NCBI GenBank assembly: GCA_013265495.1
Contig: MU058781.1
Span: forward strand, 8,103,009-8,167,008
Source of the DNA: Vicugna vicugna
Taxonomy: Eukaryota
Reading direction: 5' to 3'
DNA: 64,000 nt
Every line of letters begins with the position of its first letter. Within the stretch, counting starts at the first letter, position 1. This document shows positions 26,207-37,100 of this stretch, one piece after another. Both the position numbers and the translations under genes were made by a program. The notes beneath the pieces are model-generated. The model ran no database searches. It saw only the letters and a list, made by a program, of their open reading frames with translations, and was not told the DNA's origin.

Positions 26207-26317
26207 AGAACTGATTCCCAAGTGTCTCCCGCGGAGAGCTTTACTAGGAAATTATGGGTAGGAGTAGGATGTATATTTTTCATGGGTGACCCAAATGATT
26301 GGGATAATTTTCAAGTA

Positions 26318-26840
26318 CATGCATACCTCAGAGATAATGCAGGTTCAGTTCCAGACCACCACAGTAAAGTGAATATTGCAGTAAAAGGAGTCACATATTC
26401 CCGCTGCATATAAACGTAAAAGTTAAGTTTTCACTATTCTTTAGTCTACTAAGTGTGCAATAACATTATGTCTTAAAAAACAATAAATGTATCTTAATTA
26501 AAAAAATACTTTTCTGCTAAAAACGCTAACCATTATTGAACTATATAGAAATGATCCCTGAAAGTATAGTCTTTAACAATGCTAACCACTATTTAATCCT
26601 TCCACAAGTTATAGTAGTAACATCAAAGATCAATGATCACAGATCATCATAACAAATATAATGGTAATGAAAAAGTTTGAAATATTGTGAGAATTACCGA
26701 CACATGACACAGAGACATGACGAGAGCAAATGCTGTTGGAAGAAATGGCACCAATAGACTTGCTTGGCACAGGGCTGCCACAAACCTTCAGTTTGTAAGA
26801 GAACTCTATCTGTGAAGCGCATTAATATGAGGTCTGCTTG
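26318..26840 (-). mobile_element. Internally deleted Tigger1 (Tc1/mariner) derivative
   Basis: Both Tigger1 ends are present: TA-catgcatacctca...tgaggtctgcttg (TIR 11/13); gccacaaaccttcagtttgt; no transposase. Confidence 0.9.
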
Positions 26841-27829
26841 CATAAGAAATATTAGTACAAAGGAAAAATCATGTACTGAACGCATAACGGCTTTGTGGGA
26901 AAACCCTCCAAAGCACAGGCCACAAGAAGCAGAGGGACATCTTTGATGGCCAGAGAGGGAAATAGCAGCAAGTTTTCAGTCCAGAATGGATCAGGCGAGG
27001 ACAGAATGGTGGGCGGTCTTCCAGAGTTCAGCAGTATTATTGGGAAGAGGGTATAGGTAGGGGACACTGGGGCAGAGGGACTCCAGAGGGACAGTGGGAA
27101 CCCTTGTTCTAAGAGGGCGCCTTCCACTCCAAGCATCCTAGAGGGGCAGGAGTCCTGGGGTTTGGGCTCTGCCCCGTAGTGTGAGATGTTGGCACTCCTG
27201 GGAGAGAAGCCTGTGCCTTGCTAATAAGGGTACTCTGACTCATGACACTTGCCATGTCCCACGTAACATCCCAGCTTACACCATCCAGGCCACATCCCTA
27301 AGTTGAAGAAGCAGGGCTGAACAAGGTGCTCGCACAAGGGGAGTCCCTGATTGGACCAGGTTGAGCATCTCTGCCCAAGGGACCCACTCATGGGCTGGCT
27401 GTTGATCTATATAATGAGACCTGGCACATAACAGTTTGTCTGGTTAATCTCTGGGTCAGTCAGTTGGGATTTTTCCAGAAGATATAGGGCAGGTGGCCAG
27501 TGAAGAAAAAGGAATAGATGGGGCATGTAGAGAAAGAAATGCCATAAAGTAGAGATCTCGGGGCCCATGAGAGAGTGAAAAGGAAAGCTGCTGGCCCCCA
27601 AGGCCATCAAGTAGCAGCCCAGGGCCGGTGCCAGACCTCATGCATTTTTATAATAAGACTTCTTCTTTTAAGGTGGCCTGAGGAAAGCCAGAGCCCAAGA
27701 GGAACAGCAAAAGCAATCCACCCCTAAAGACACGCGAGAAATAGGTGTGTGTGCTAGATGAAGGGGGGTGATTTCTTTTGAGAGAAGACCCCTGCTGTGG
27801 GGAAGAGTCAGTAAATGCTCCTACCTTAG

Positions 27830-28070
27830 CTAACATTAATTGAGCAATTACTACATCCCAGGTACTGTACTAAGCACTTAGCAAATGTTGTTAAACTTAT
27901 ATAATGCTTACAACTCAATGAGATAGCCATTACTGTCCCCCCCTCCTCATGTTACAAGTGATGACACTGAGGCACAGAGAGCTTAGGGAGCAAGCCCAAC
28001 GTCCCACAGGAAGCGACTGAGAGAACAGGCATCTGAGGCCAGGCAAGGTAGCTCAGGAGCTTATGCCATC
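27830..28070 (-). mobile_element. MIR SINE, near full length
   Basis: attgagcaattactacatcccaggtactgtactaagcactt...gacactgaggcacagagag. Confidence 0.8.
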
Positions 28071-28139
28071 TTTCTCAAACAAGGCGAACAATAATAATGA
28101 TGTTTGTGACTGTTAATGTAACTCGATGTTTGCCCTCAG

Positions 28140-28330
28140 ACTAGTGTGATTTATCAAAATGCTGGTTGTATATGTTATATTTATACTGCAGTAGAATTAT
28201 TTACTTACCTGTCTCCCAAACTTAGAAAAAAAGAATCTACCTTATTTTTGTACCAACAAGTTCTTACAACGGTGGCTAGTACATACCAGGAGCTCAGTAA
28301 AAAGATCTGTATGTTTTTTCAAAGAAATAA
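28140..28330 (+). mobile_element. L2 3' tail
   Basis: tttacttacctgtctccc...ctagtacataccaggagctcagtaaa. Confidence 0.5.
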
Positions 28331-28899
28331 AGAGATTCGGAAGAGATGAGGTTACACAAGGTCTTAATTGTCAGGCAAGAAATGGGTTTCATCCTGCAGT
28401 TTACTGGACAGTTTGAGGGCATGGGTGTGACGGTGGTGTGCAAATGAGCAGGAGAATGGAAAGGCTGGAGGCAGAGCTATTTCAAAGACAACATTGGCCA
28501 GGCAAGAATCTGGATAGGAGAGCTACAGAAATGGGATAAGACGGCACAGATGCGTGTGAGAGCGTTAAGAGGTTTATTATCACATAACAAACAATATTAT
28601 AGGTCGTTAAGAGGAATGTGGCTGCCTCTTAAAGTTAAATCTTGGTGGTACTGGAGTAAAGAGTGACCACTCCTTTAAGAAATGCTGCATCATCAGTGTT
28701 CATCATGGTGCGGGGAAATTGAACTAAGGGGAGAAAGAAAACACAGCAGATAAACATTGTGAATAGCCTGGATTCTGTACCAGTCAGGGAGCTGTCGGGA
28801 ATCAGGACTCCCCATCGGTGAGTCAAATTAAAAGACTTTGATGAAAGGACCACAATCAAAAGCGCAGTCCTACCAGGAAGCCGTTACTCCCCCTAAGAC

Positions 28900-29200
28900 T
28901 GAGGAAATGAGGAAAGGAGCTCTGAATAGGAACTCAAGGAGAAGATAGAGTCCCAAGGGGTCACAGCTACTACCGGAGACATCACCACAGCTGGAAGAGT
29001 GTCCCAACCTCCCTGTTCCCATGTCCTCCAGTCTCCGGGTGGTGCCTTTCATTGGCCGAACCTACCAGCATCCAGGCAGCAATAAGCTTGGGAGACGCGA
29101 GTACACTGGAGCCAGCCCCGCAGGGCACAGAGCCAGGCAGAGAGAAGCAGGCAGACAGACAGATCTGGGGGCCAAAGGGAAAATGTAAAGGCATTTCAGC
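28900..29200 (-). mobile_element. ERVL LTR33-like fragment
   Basis: Minus strand ttttccctttggcccccagatct...ctctgtgccctgcggggctg...ggttcggccaatgaaaggcacc resembles the 5' half of LTR33. Confidence 0.65.
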
Positions 29201-29794
29201 ATATTTGACAAGTTTATTTCACTGATATTTTCCTTTTCGGGTATCTAGGCACAGAAGTAATAAGTGACAAACACCAAAGTCTAAACATGTATAAAAGAGC
29301 TTTTGCAAGAAGTATAAAACCAAAATTCTTAGTAACAAAAACATTGTGTCAGTTTAGCTGGCAGGTTTTTCACTTTCCTCATAGTTTATAAAACACTGGT
29401 GAGTCATACCAATAGCATCACTGCTGCTCTTAAAAAAAAAGTATTTGGTAAGTTAGGACATTTTCCATTGCAAGTAAATCCCTATCTGGGCGGACTTCAG
29501 AGATGGGCAGATTTGGTGGCCCAATTACGTCATCAAGGACATGGTCTCTTTCTGGCTCTCAATTATGTTTTCCGTTGCATTGTATTCATCCTGGAGCTGG
29601 CTCCCTTCTTGTGGCTGAAATAAGCAGCAAACAACTCCTTGAATTATTTCTCTCAATGAGCCTGGAGAGAAGAAGAGTTGTCTTGCCAAGAAAAGGGAAA
29701 ACGGACGCTTAGAAGGTGAGTGCTACCTCCACAATACTATTTAACATTTTTCCATTACTCTTACTTGCACTAGAAAAAGCATGTAACACCGGTG

Positions 29795-30200
29795 CGATGG
29801 TTAAGATTCTTAACAGCAAACAAAAATATCTACTCTGGCAAGTGGGGAAAGAAAAGGATTTTATTGAAAGGTGTTAGGCAGCTTCCAGAATCTTCAGAAG
29901 GATCAGAGAAACAAACCAGAGGGCTGTGCAGCCACAGAGATTTCTTCACTGCGGGGACATCCTGAAAATACCATTTGGCAATGTGACATTTCAAAGTGGA
30001 TGCTAAAACCTTTGCCAGCACCAACACTGAAAAACAGAACTCTTTGGCCACCATGCTTGTGAAGAGATTAGTCCCCAGTGATGCCCTCCTCTGCATTCAG
30101 ATCTTCTATGTAGAAGCCTGACTGGCCATGTGCCTGAACCCTAGCTTCCAAGGGAGTTTGGTGATGGGGTGTCTGATATCTACGTGGGAAGGAGGACTCG
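29795..30200 (-). mobile_element. Old MaLR LTR (MLT1N/M-like)
   Basis: aagattctt...agcaaacaaaaa...ttttattgaaagg...gcagcttccagaatc...catgtgcctgaaccctagct. Confidence 0.5.
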
Positions 30201-30629
30201 GTATGAGAAGGATTGAAGATAAGAAGAGTATCCAGAAGATTTTGGACAAGGGCCTACCATGCCCTGCTCCTGGCGGTCCAGGAAAATGTACTTTAAGGCA
30301 AATGAATCACAGCCCAGAGGAAGAAGGGTGTGTTCATCAAATGACCCACAAAATGCCTCACACTACAATTAATAAGGTGGCATTATGAACAGAGTGCTGG
30401 GGAAGAAGAGCTTGCCCAGAAATTTTAATCCATATCTCCATCAAGCTCAAAATCTACTTCTTTATAGGACCAACACTGAACCCTGCCATAACATAAATAC
30501 TCTTATTTTAGCAACTTCCCATGCATTATCTTGGCATCACTGAACTCAGCTCTTTCTGAAAAAATTCCTTATCTTTCATAATATTCTGCAGACATAAAAC
30601 CTACTAAGAGCAGCATTCATTTATTTAGT

Positions 30630-31030
30630 GTTCGTTACCTTTTCTGATGGCATGTTCACTAGTGGGGTTCTTGAAAGCAGACAACCACGCGGACAGACCA
30701 ACTGGGATCACCCCTCCTGGCATTTTTGTAAGAATGACCTAATTGCCTATAAAGAATTATAATAATGTTACATAATTGACATCAACCACATATGCCTGTA
30801 GTTAGTCTGCAAACAAAATCTCATTTAACTTTCCCAAGAAAAGAAGGAAAGTATTATTATCCCCATTTACCAGAGATAGAACTGAGGCTCAGAGACGTTA
30901 TCTACCATGCTCTGTCACACTATCTGCCTCCTAGGCTCATCCACTTTCAAATTCTTGTCACATGGAAACACAGAGATGGCCTGCCTCAGAGATGAGAGTA
31001 GGATTCTTGTATTTCCCAGAACTTCTCTAA
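30630..31030. mobile_element. Two MIR fragments in opposite orientation
   Basis: The second copy is clear (tattattatccccatttaccagagatagaactgaggctcagagacgtta); the first is degenerate. Confidence 0.6.
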
Positions 31031-31969
31031 CGTGTGCCTCCGCGGCTGTTTTCTCCCGTCCTGAGATACCACGTCTGGCTTCAGCCTGCATCTCAGATGA
31101 CAGTTTCACCAACCCATCTGGCCTTGGTTTCTTCCAGCCTTCATTAACTCTAATTTCATTATCACCTGTTCTGGTGTGACCCCGAGTTCCCTGTGCACTT
31201 CTCTCCGTCCTCTTGGGAAATGAAATTCTGTCTCAGCATCAGCTCCCTCTCCAACTGTGCGAGCCCTGAGGCGAAGCACTCATTTGTATGTGAGTTCTGT
31301 CCATCTCTCCTGTCGTTGCCAGCTGCCTCCTACGGCCCTGACTTTTCGGTCATCTCTGGCTGCAGATGAGACCAAGGGGAATTTCTTAACCAGCATGGTT
31401 GTGTGTGTGTATGTGTGTGCATGTGCATGTAATAGCTCTCAGATAATTTTTATTTCCTTTATGACTCTTATTTCTGCATTTTATTTAAAACTTCCTTCTA
31501 CCCTTTTAATTTCATTTTGTCTATTCTCACACCAGTATCTAATATAGCTCATGTATCCTTTGGGAGAAATAATAAATAATTTTCTAGTTTGGTAACAAAT
31601 TAGGTGTCGCTTGGCAGCATTATTTGATTTGTTCAGAAAGGCCAGATTTTTCAGAACGGTTTGTAAACGGGAGGCTATTCCAGCAATGCCCGTGGAGTAC
31701 ACATCAGAAAGCTCAGAAGTCATACCAAATGGAAAGGATATATGAAAGACAGGGAAAGGTGGGGAAATGCTGTTTCTTCTTCCTCCCACCTCCCCCACCG
31801 TGCCAGCCCTCTATGGCAGGACCGTCCTGATTAGATAGCAGGGCAGTAACGTTTTATTTCTGTTCTCTTGCCAGTGAGCTTGTGCTACGTCTCTTTAGCC
31901 TCAATCTTCTCTCTTCAGAAACATCTCAAGCCAAAATGGGGCAGTAGGATTGGAGCCTGTCGAGTCAGG

Positions 31970-32023
31970 GTATGTGTGTGTACACACACACACACACAGA
32001 TGTATATGTATGTACACACATAC
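31970..32023. repeat. TG/CA/TA alternating purine-pyrimidine tract
   Basis: gtatgtgtgtgtacacacacacacacacagatgtatatgtatgtacacacatac. Confidence 0.9.
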
Positions 32024-32734
32024 TATTCCTCTAATTTTCATTCTCTTACAAACATAGGACAGTCCTTATGTGATCTAATAGTTTTTAGTAAACTTGAATT
32101 GCTAACTAATACTAAACTTAATATCAGGTGATATTAACTTACATTACATAGAGTCCCAGGAAATAAATGCCATTATGACTATGGACTCTTTCCCTTTAGT
32201 TTTAAGTGGGCAAAAGAGCCATTATGAAGGCAAACCAAGAAAAGAAGGGTGAATATCACTATGGATGTCAAAAGATAAATAAACAGAAGGTTGTGCTCCA
32301 CTGATCAAGGTAGAAAACAAAACCAAGTACAATTATGTCTAAAGAGAAGGTGTAGCTATTTGGCAAAGAGAAGGGCTAAAACAAAGTTGAATCTCTCCAA
32401 GAAAAGTTATATTTGATTCAGTTTTCCCCTCTGATTCATCCTAAGAAGTTATTTCTCCCCAAGACCTGAAACAGACTTTCAAAGGACACATGTCTCTTAC
32501 TGACGCTGAATTCAGCCTCAGCACACCATTTTTATAGCAGTCACAGTTGTAGCTGCACGCCAGTATGTGTACAGCCTTCACATGAGCAATTGACCGTGAA
32601 ATAATGGTACACGGCTTTTAATATATACCCTCTGGTTATGGGTGTGCATACTAAACATATAGTATTTTACAATATATGCATATACATATAAACACACAAA
32701 CCCTGCAAGTTAAAGCTCTCTAGATCTAAACGGA

Positions 32735-33125
32735 CCAGCAGCTGCTTGAAATTTCCCCTCTCCTCTCCCTAAGGTCTCAGGTGTAGGATTCATGAGCCAA
32801 TGTCTCAGCTAGAACAGGTGTCTATCGCTGGGTAAATAGCAATTAGGCCCAAATTTCAGACTTTTTTTTTCAAATCCCTTTCGGAGGAAAAGCCCAGGAA
32901 TAAATAGTTGCTGTAACGGCCAGGGGTATTGTGTAGCGTTATAGCCTCCAGCTGGTCTATTACATACTATAGACAGGCAAAGAATACGAGCACCTGACAG
33001 ATGTGTTCTGTTAGCTTCATTAGGAAAGAAACAAAGAAACTCCTCAATTAATAGCAGCAGAGCCAAATGGGGGTGGGGGGAGGCTCGAGGGGAGAGGAAT
33101 CATAGCCTGTTATTTAAACAGAGTC
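32735..33125. promoter_or_regulatory. Candidate bHLH/MEF2-type enhancer
   Basis: E-boxes at 32739, 32778, 32815, 32949, 32991 and 32998 plus TAAATA(G/A) cores, in repeat-free DNA. Motif evidence only. Confidence 0.4.
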
Positions 33126-35750
33126 AGGGAGCCTTTCTCTAGTGGCTTAATATGATTCATTAATAAAAACAGCTTTTTGAATGCCCAGTTTAAGTCAAAA
33201 GAAATCACCAGCATTTTTTTCCCCCAGCAAAGGAAGGGCAAAATGACAAATTGCTGCTGTTAAATTCATTTCATGTGGGGATGGCCTTTCTCAAAGATCT
33301 CTTAAACTGCGAGACTGGATGTTTGTCACATTAAGTGGCAGAGCAGTTCTCAAAAATCGGCTGTGGCACGTCAGGGTCTCAGATGAACGGCCAGCAGTGG
33401 CCATCCAATAATTTTATATCTCCAGACCAGGAAGCATTTAGCGTTGTTTAAATGAATGAGGGTTTTCAAAGTAATGAAATGCAGCCCTTACCCTGATGAA
33501 AGGAAAATCTGTCCACGGAATCACTTTTTCTTTTTTTCTTCTTGGAATGGTTTGACATATTGGGAAAGCCCTGTAACAGTGGGTATCACTCCTTGCCAGT
33601 GGAATTCAGTGATTTCTCCTTTTATGGTTCCTTTGCTGAAGACGTACGGTGAACTTACATATCACGTAATACATAATCGTGAAAGGGTGAGCTATATATT
33701 GTGTTCCTAATATATGAGTTCCGAAAAAAAATGATTCTTTTTCCACAGAAGTTAGGATCTGCTGTTAACAACTCAGCTTTTATAATGTAATTCTCCAGTT
33801 ATGACTTTGTGTGATTTTTTTTTTAAGAGAACACTGTTTGCTACCGAGAGGCTAAAATAGATAGCCTGACCCAGTTACTGGGCTTAAGGAGAGAAAAATG
33901 AATTCTCAAGCCCGTCCTCTCCACCCTGCATCAGCACCACTTGATTTACATAACATGGAGTAAAAAGAACATAAGGGTAAGAACCTAGAGAATTCAGGGA
34001 AAATTCTGGTCAATTTTCCAGGTACTAATCAGGCATAATCAAGGTCAAATTATCATGAGCATATTAACCTGCATAGTTTTCTTATATGCTAAGAATTCGC
34101 AGACCGCAGGATTATAACTACCAAGGCAGAGTTGAGGCAGAATAGCCACTGGGGCCCTGGAGTAACCTAGGCCAGCAAGGATGTGCTCCAAAATCAGAAC
34201 TGAACGCTCATCTGTCTAATTGGGGTGTTGTCCCGCCAAAGAAATAGAAATCAAAACATAAATGGTCATGGCCAAATATGATGGGCCAGGGTCTTTGTGA
34301 TGGAAATGTGATTGTAAATCTTTACGGCCAACTCAGGCTGTGATGTCTTGATGCTCTTCAATTTTTAAAATATACTCTTGGCTTCTGTTTGTATTTTCCC
34401 CGTCAAATAAAAGCCGCAGAACAAGAAGGGCTAATATCTGCTCCCACATGAACGGGAATGAAAAGGGAAACCAGCAAGCTTTCCTGGAAGCAAAGGCATT
34501 TTTCACCCCAAAGTCTTTTTGTGCACTGCTAATACTCACATTTGACACAAAGAATTGAAAGAATGAAGGAAGAAGTTCAGGACATGAACCTGTTACATTT
34601 AGACTTTGTCATTATGGATCTTAATCTTTAGGAACTAGTAATAGTCCCCGTAGTAAGATGCCTTTCATCGTAACTTACAGTTTCTTCTCAGAGACCTAAT
34701 GAAAGAAACCAAAGGTTTTGTTACCAAAGGTTGGCAGAACTTCATTAAATGCAATCTTTCTAACCTAAAATCAGTTTTCATGAGGGTGCAGGAAATGTAC
34801 AAAACTCCCACCAAGAGATGAGGTCAAAACTCAAAACCACGAGAACAGTCACTTAGCCCAAGCTGATAAATTACTCCATCACCTGCGTGTTTAATCATAA
34901 AATACAGTGTATATCAGTTCATGTAGAAAATGTGTTTTTCTTTCTCACTTCAATGTCAAGCACCATTTTCCTTTTTTGGTGTTAAACAACACAGAAGCAC
35001 TGATGTCCATTTGGTCTCTCTTGCATCATAAGCTCCTTGCAGCCAGGCATGGTGTCTATGTAATTTCCTTTGCTTAGTACATTAACATGCAACATCCACG
35101 ACTTTATTTTATTATAAGCAGATATTTGAAAAGCATAGGGTGTCTGGTTTTATTTCCCTTTCTCTAGAACTAATGCTTGAAAAGAAAATTTTAAAATAGA
35201 GAACACTCTCAGAAAAATGTCTTGCTTATTGAAATTTGTGCATGTGGCCAAGTATGTTTGTCTGAGATTACAGAATTTGCTACAAAGTGTGCTGAGGTAG
35301 CCTCATTGGGACCATAATCTAAAAAAGACTTATCATTCTGTTTGCCTGTTGGTGTGAGAAAGAATCACATTCTTATAGATTCCTTTCCATTGGGAAATCA
35401 TTTATCTCTGTTTAGCTATTCGCAGATTCCATTAGATCCGTCACAGGCAGGCTCAGACAAATGCAGACAGGGAAAGTGTTTTACAGCAGCCAAGTCTGGG
35501 TAGATTCTGCCACTAACTGCACTGTCTCTTGGTGTCTTGAGTAGCTCCTCCTCTGTCAGGAAGCCTGCTGGTTTCAACCTTCCATGGTATTGTTGGCAAC
35601 TCTTCTGTTCTCTCCAGACCTGGAAATCCCACGATGAAATTTCATTTGCCTTTGGAGTAAAATCAAACTTACAATTCAGTTCTATCATGTTTGAAGTTTG
35701 TATTTGTGATCTTTTATCCCATTCTGTCCTTTAGTTCGCTTAACTGGCGT

Positions 35751-35772
35751 CACACACACACACACACACACA
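35751..35772. repeat. (CA)11 microsatellite
   Basis: Direct reading. Confidence 0.95.
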
Positions 35773-36039
35773 AAAGAAATAATGGACTTTTTTTCGTACA
35801 GCATAGAAACCCTTTGGTCAGTAGAATTTTCAAAAGAAAAATAAATAATAACCTCAAGAGTTTCTCTTAAGGAGTAACCTTAAGAGAAGAGAAACATTCA
35901 TGAGAAAAGAATAAACACAACTTTAAAAACTTAAAGTAAATCCCACAGGTATAAAACAAGGTAAAATGTAAGGTAGAAAAATATCACCAGCAGGTGTGAA
36001 CAAGTGTTTATCTTTTCTATAAAGTACGTTTAAATGGAT

Positions 36040-36790
36040 TGGAAAATCTGAAGGTCTCAATAGCCAAATGGGCACAGGGTGTGAGCAGACAATTCAAAAG
36101 AGGAAAGCATTCAAACACAGTAATAAAGAAATGCAAATTAATATGGCAAAATACCATTTTTTGCTTTTGAAAAAATGTTTGAATAATGCTACTCAGTGTT
36201 AATAAAGCTAAGGGGAAACTGGGACTCTCACATTACTGGTGGTATGTAAATTGGTCTTATTCTATAGGAAATCAGTTTGGCAATGTTTCAGAAGTTCTAA
36301 CAATGTTCACATTCATTTACCCTGAAATTCCTTTATGGAAAACTCTTAGGAATTATGTAAATTTTTGAAAATATGTAAATATATTTATCTCAATGTGAAT
36401 TTCAATAACAAAACATTGAAAACATATTTTTGGCACATTATATCAATGGGCTATGCAACCAATAAAAATTATATATGCCAAAAGTTTTTAATAACATAAA
36501 GAGTGCTAATAGCATTATATTCAGAAAAAGAAAAAATATAGTATTCTAAATATTTTACTGTCACTTGAAAAGCTAGATGATTTTAGAAAAGACACTTTCC
36601 TACTTTAATTATACATATATATTACATATATGCATATGTAAGATAAAAATATCTAAGGTAAAAACACCTTTAAAAGATTATAATAAATGCAATGAATTGT
36701 TAACAGAGTGGTGAGATTATAGATAATAATCTTATTTTCAATATTTGGTATTTTAATTTTTCATAAGAATGTGTGTTACTTTCAAAATTG
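36040..36790 (+). mobile_element. Old L1 (L1ME-like) 3' fragments
   Basis: aaatgggcacaggg...agacaattca...gtaataaagaaatgcaaatta...ctggtggtatgtaaattggt...tttggcaat. Confidence 0.7.
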
Positions 36791-36904
36791 GGAAAAATAT
36801 AGGTTTAAGAAACTTAGAAAGCTGGAACGTTATTTTTCCTTTTTAAAATCTTCTTTGATAAATTAAATCTGTCTAAATATTAATCCTTAGAAGGGAAATT
36901 ATTT

Positions 36905-37100
36905 CTAACCCATGTGTGTCAGGCACTGTGCTAAGCAATTGAACATATCTCATGTAATCTTTATGGTAACGCTGAAACAATAGATATTCATCCCATTTTT
37001 ATGTATGAAGAACCCCTGAGACGCCGCAAAAAGTATAAACATCTTGCCCAAGGTCGTATGGCTAATAAAGCACTGGAGCTGGTCTTTGAACACCATATTA
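36905..37100 (-). mobile_element. MIR SINE
   Basis: tgtgtcaggcactgtgctaagca...atcccatttt...cttgcccaaggtcgtatggctaataa. Confidence 0.8.

Noticed and set aside
29710..29722. Isolated strong splice donors (AAG|GTGAGT; also near 8961 and 46634)
   Set aside because: No convincing paired acceptor or frame; such matches are common by chance.
35416..35688. 90-aa minus-strand ORF with plausible composition and nearby splice-like sites
   Set aside because: No recognisable homology or partner exons; length is compatible with chance.
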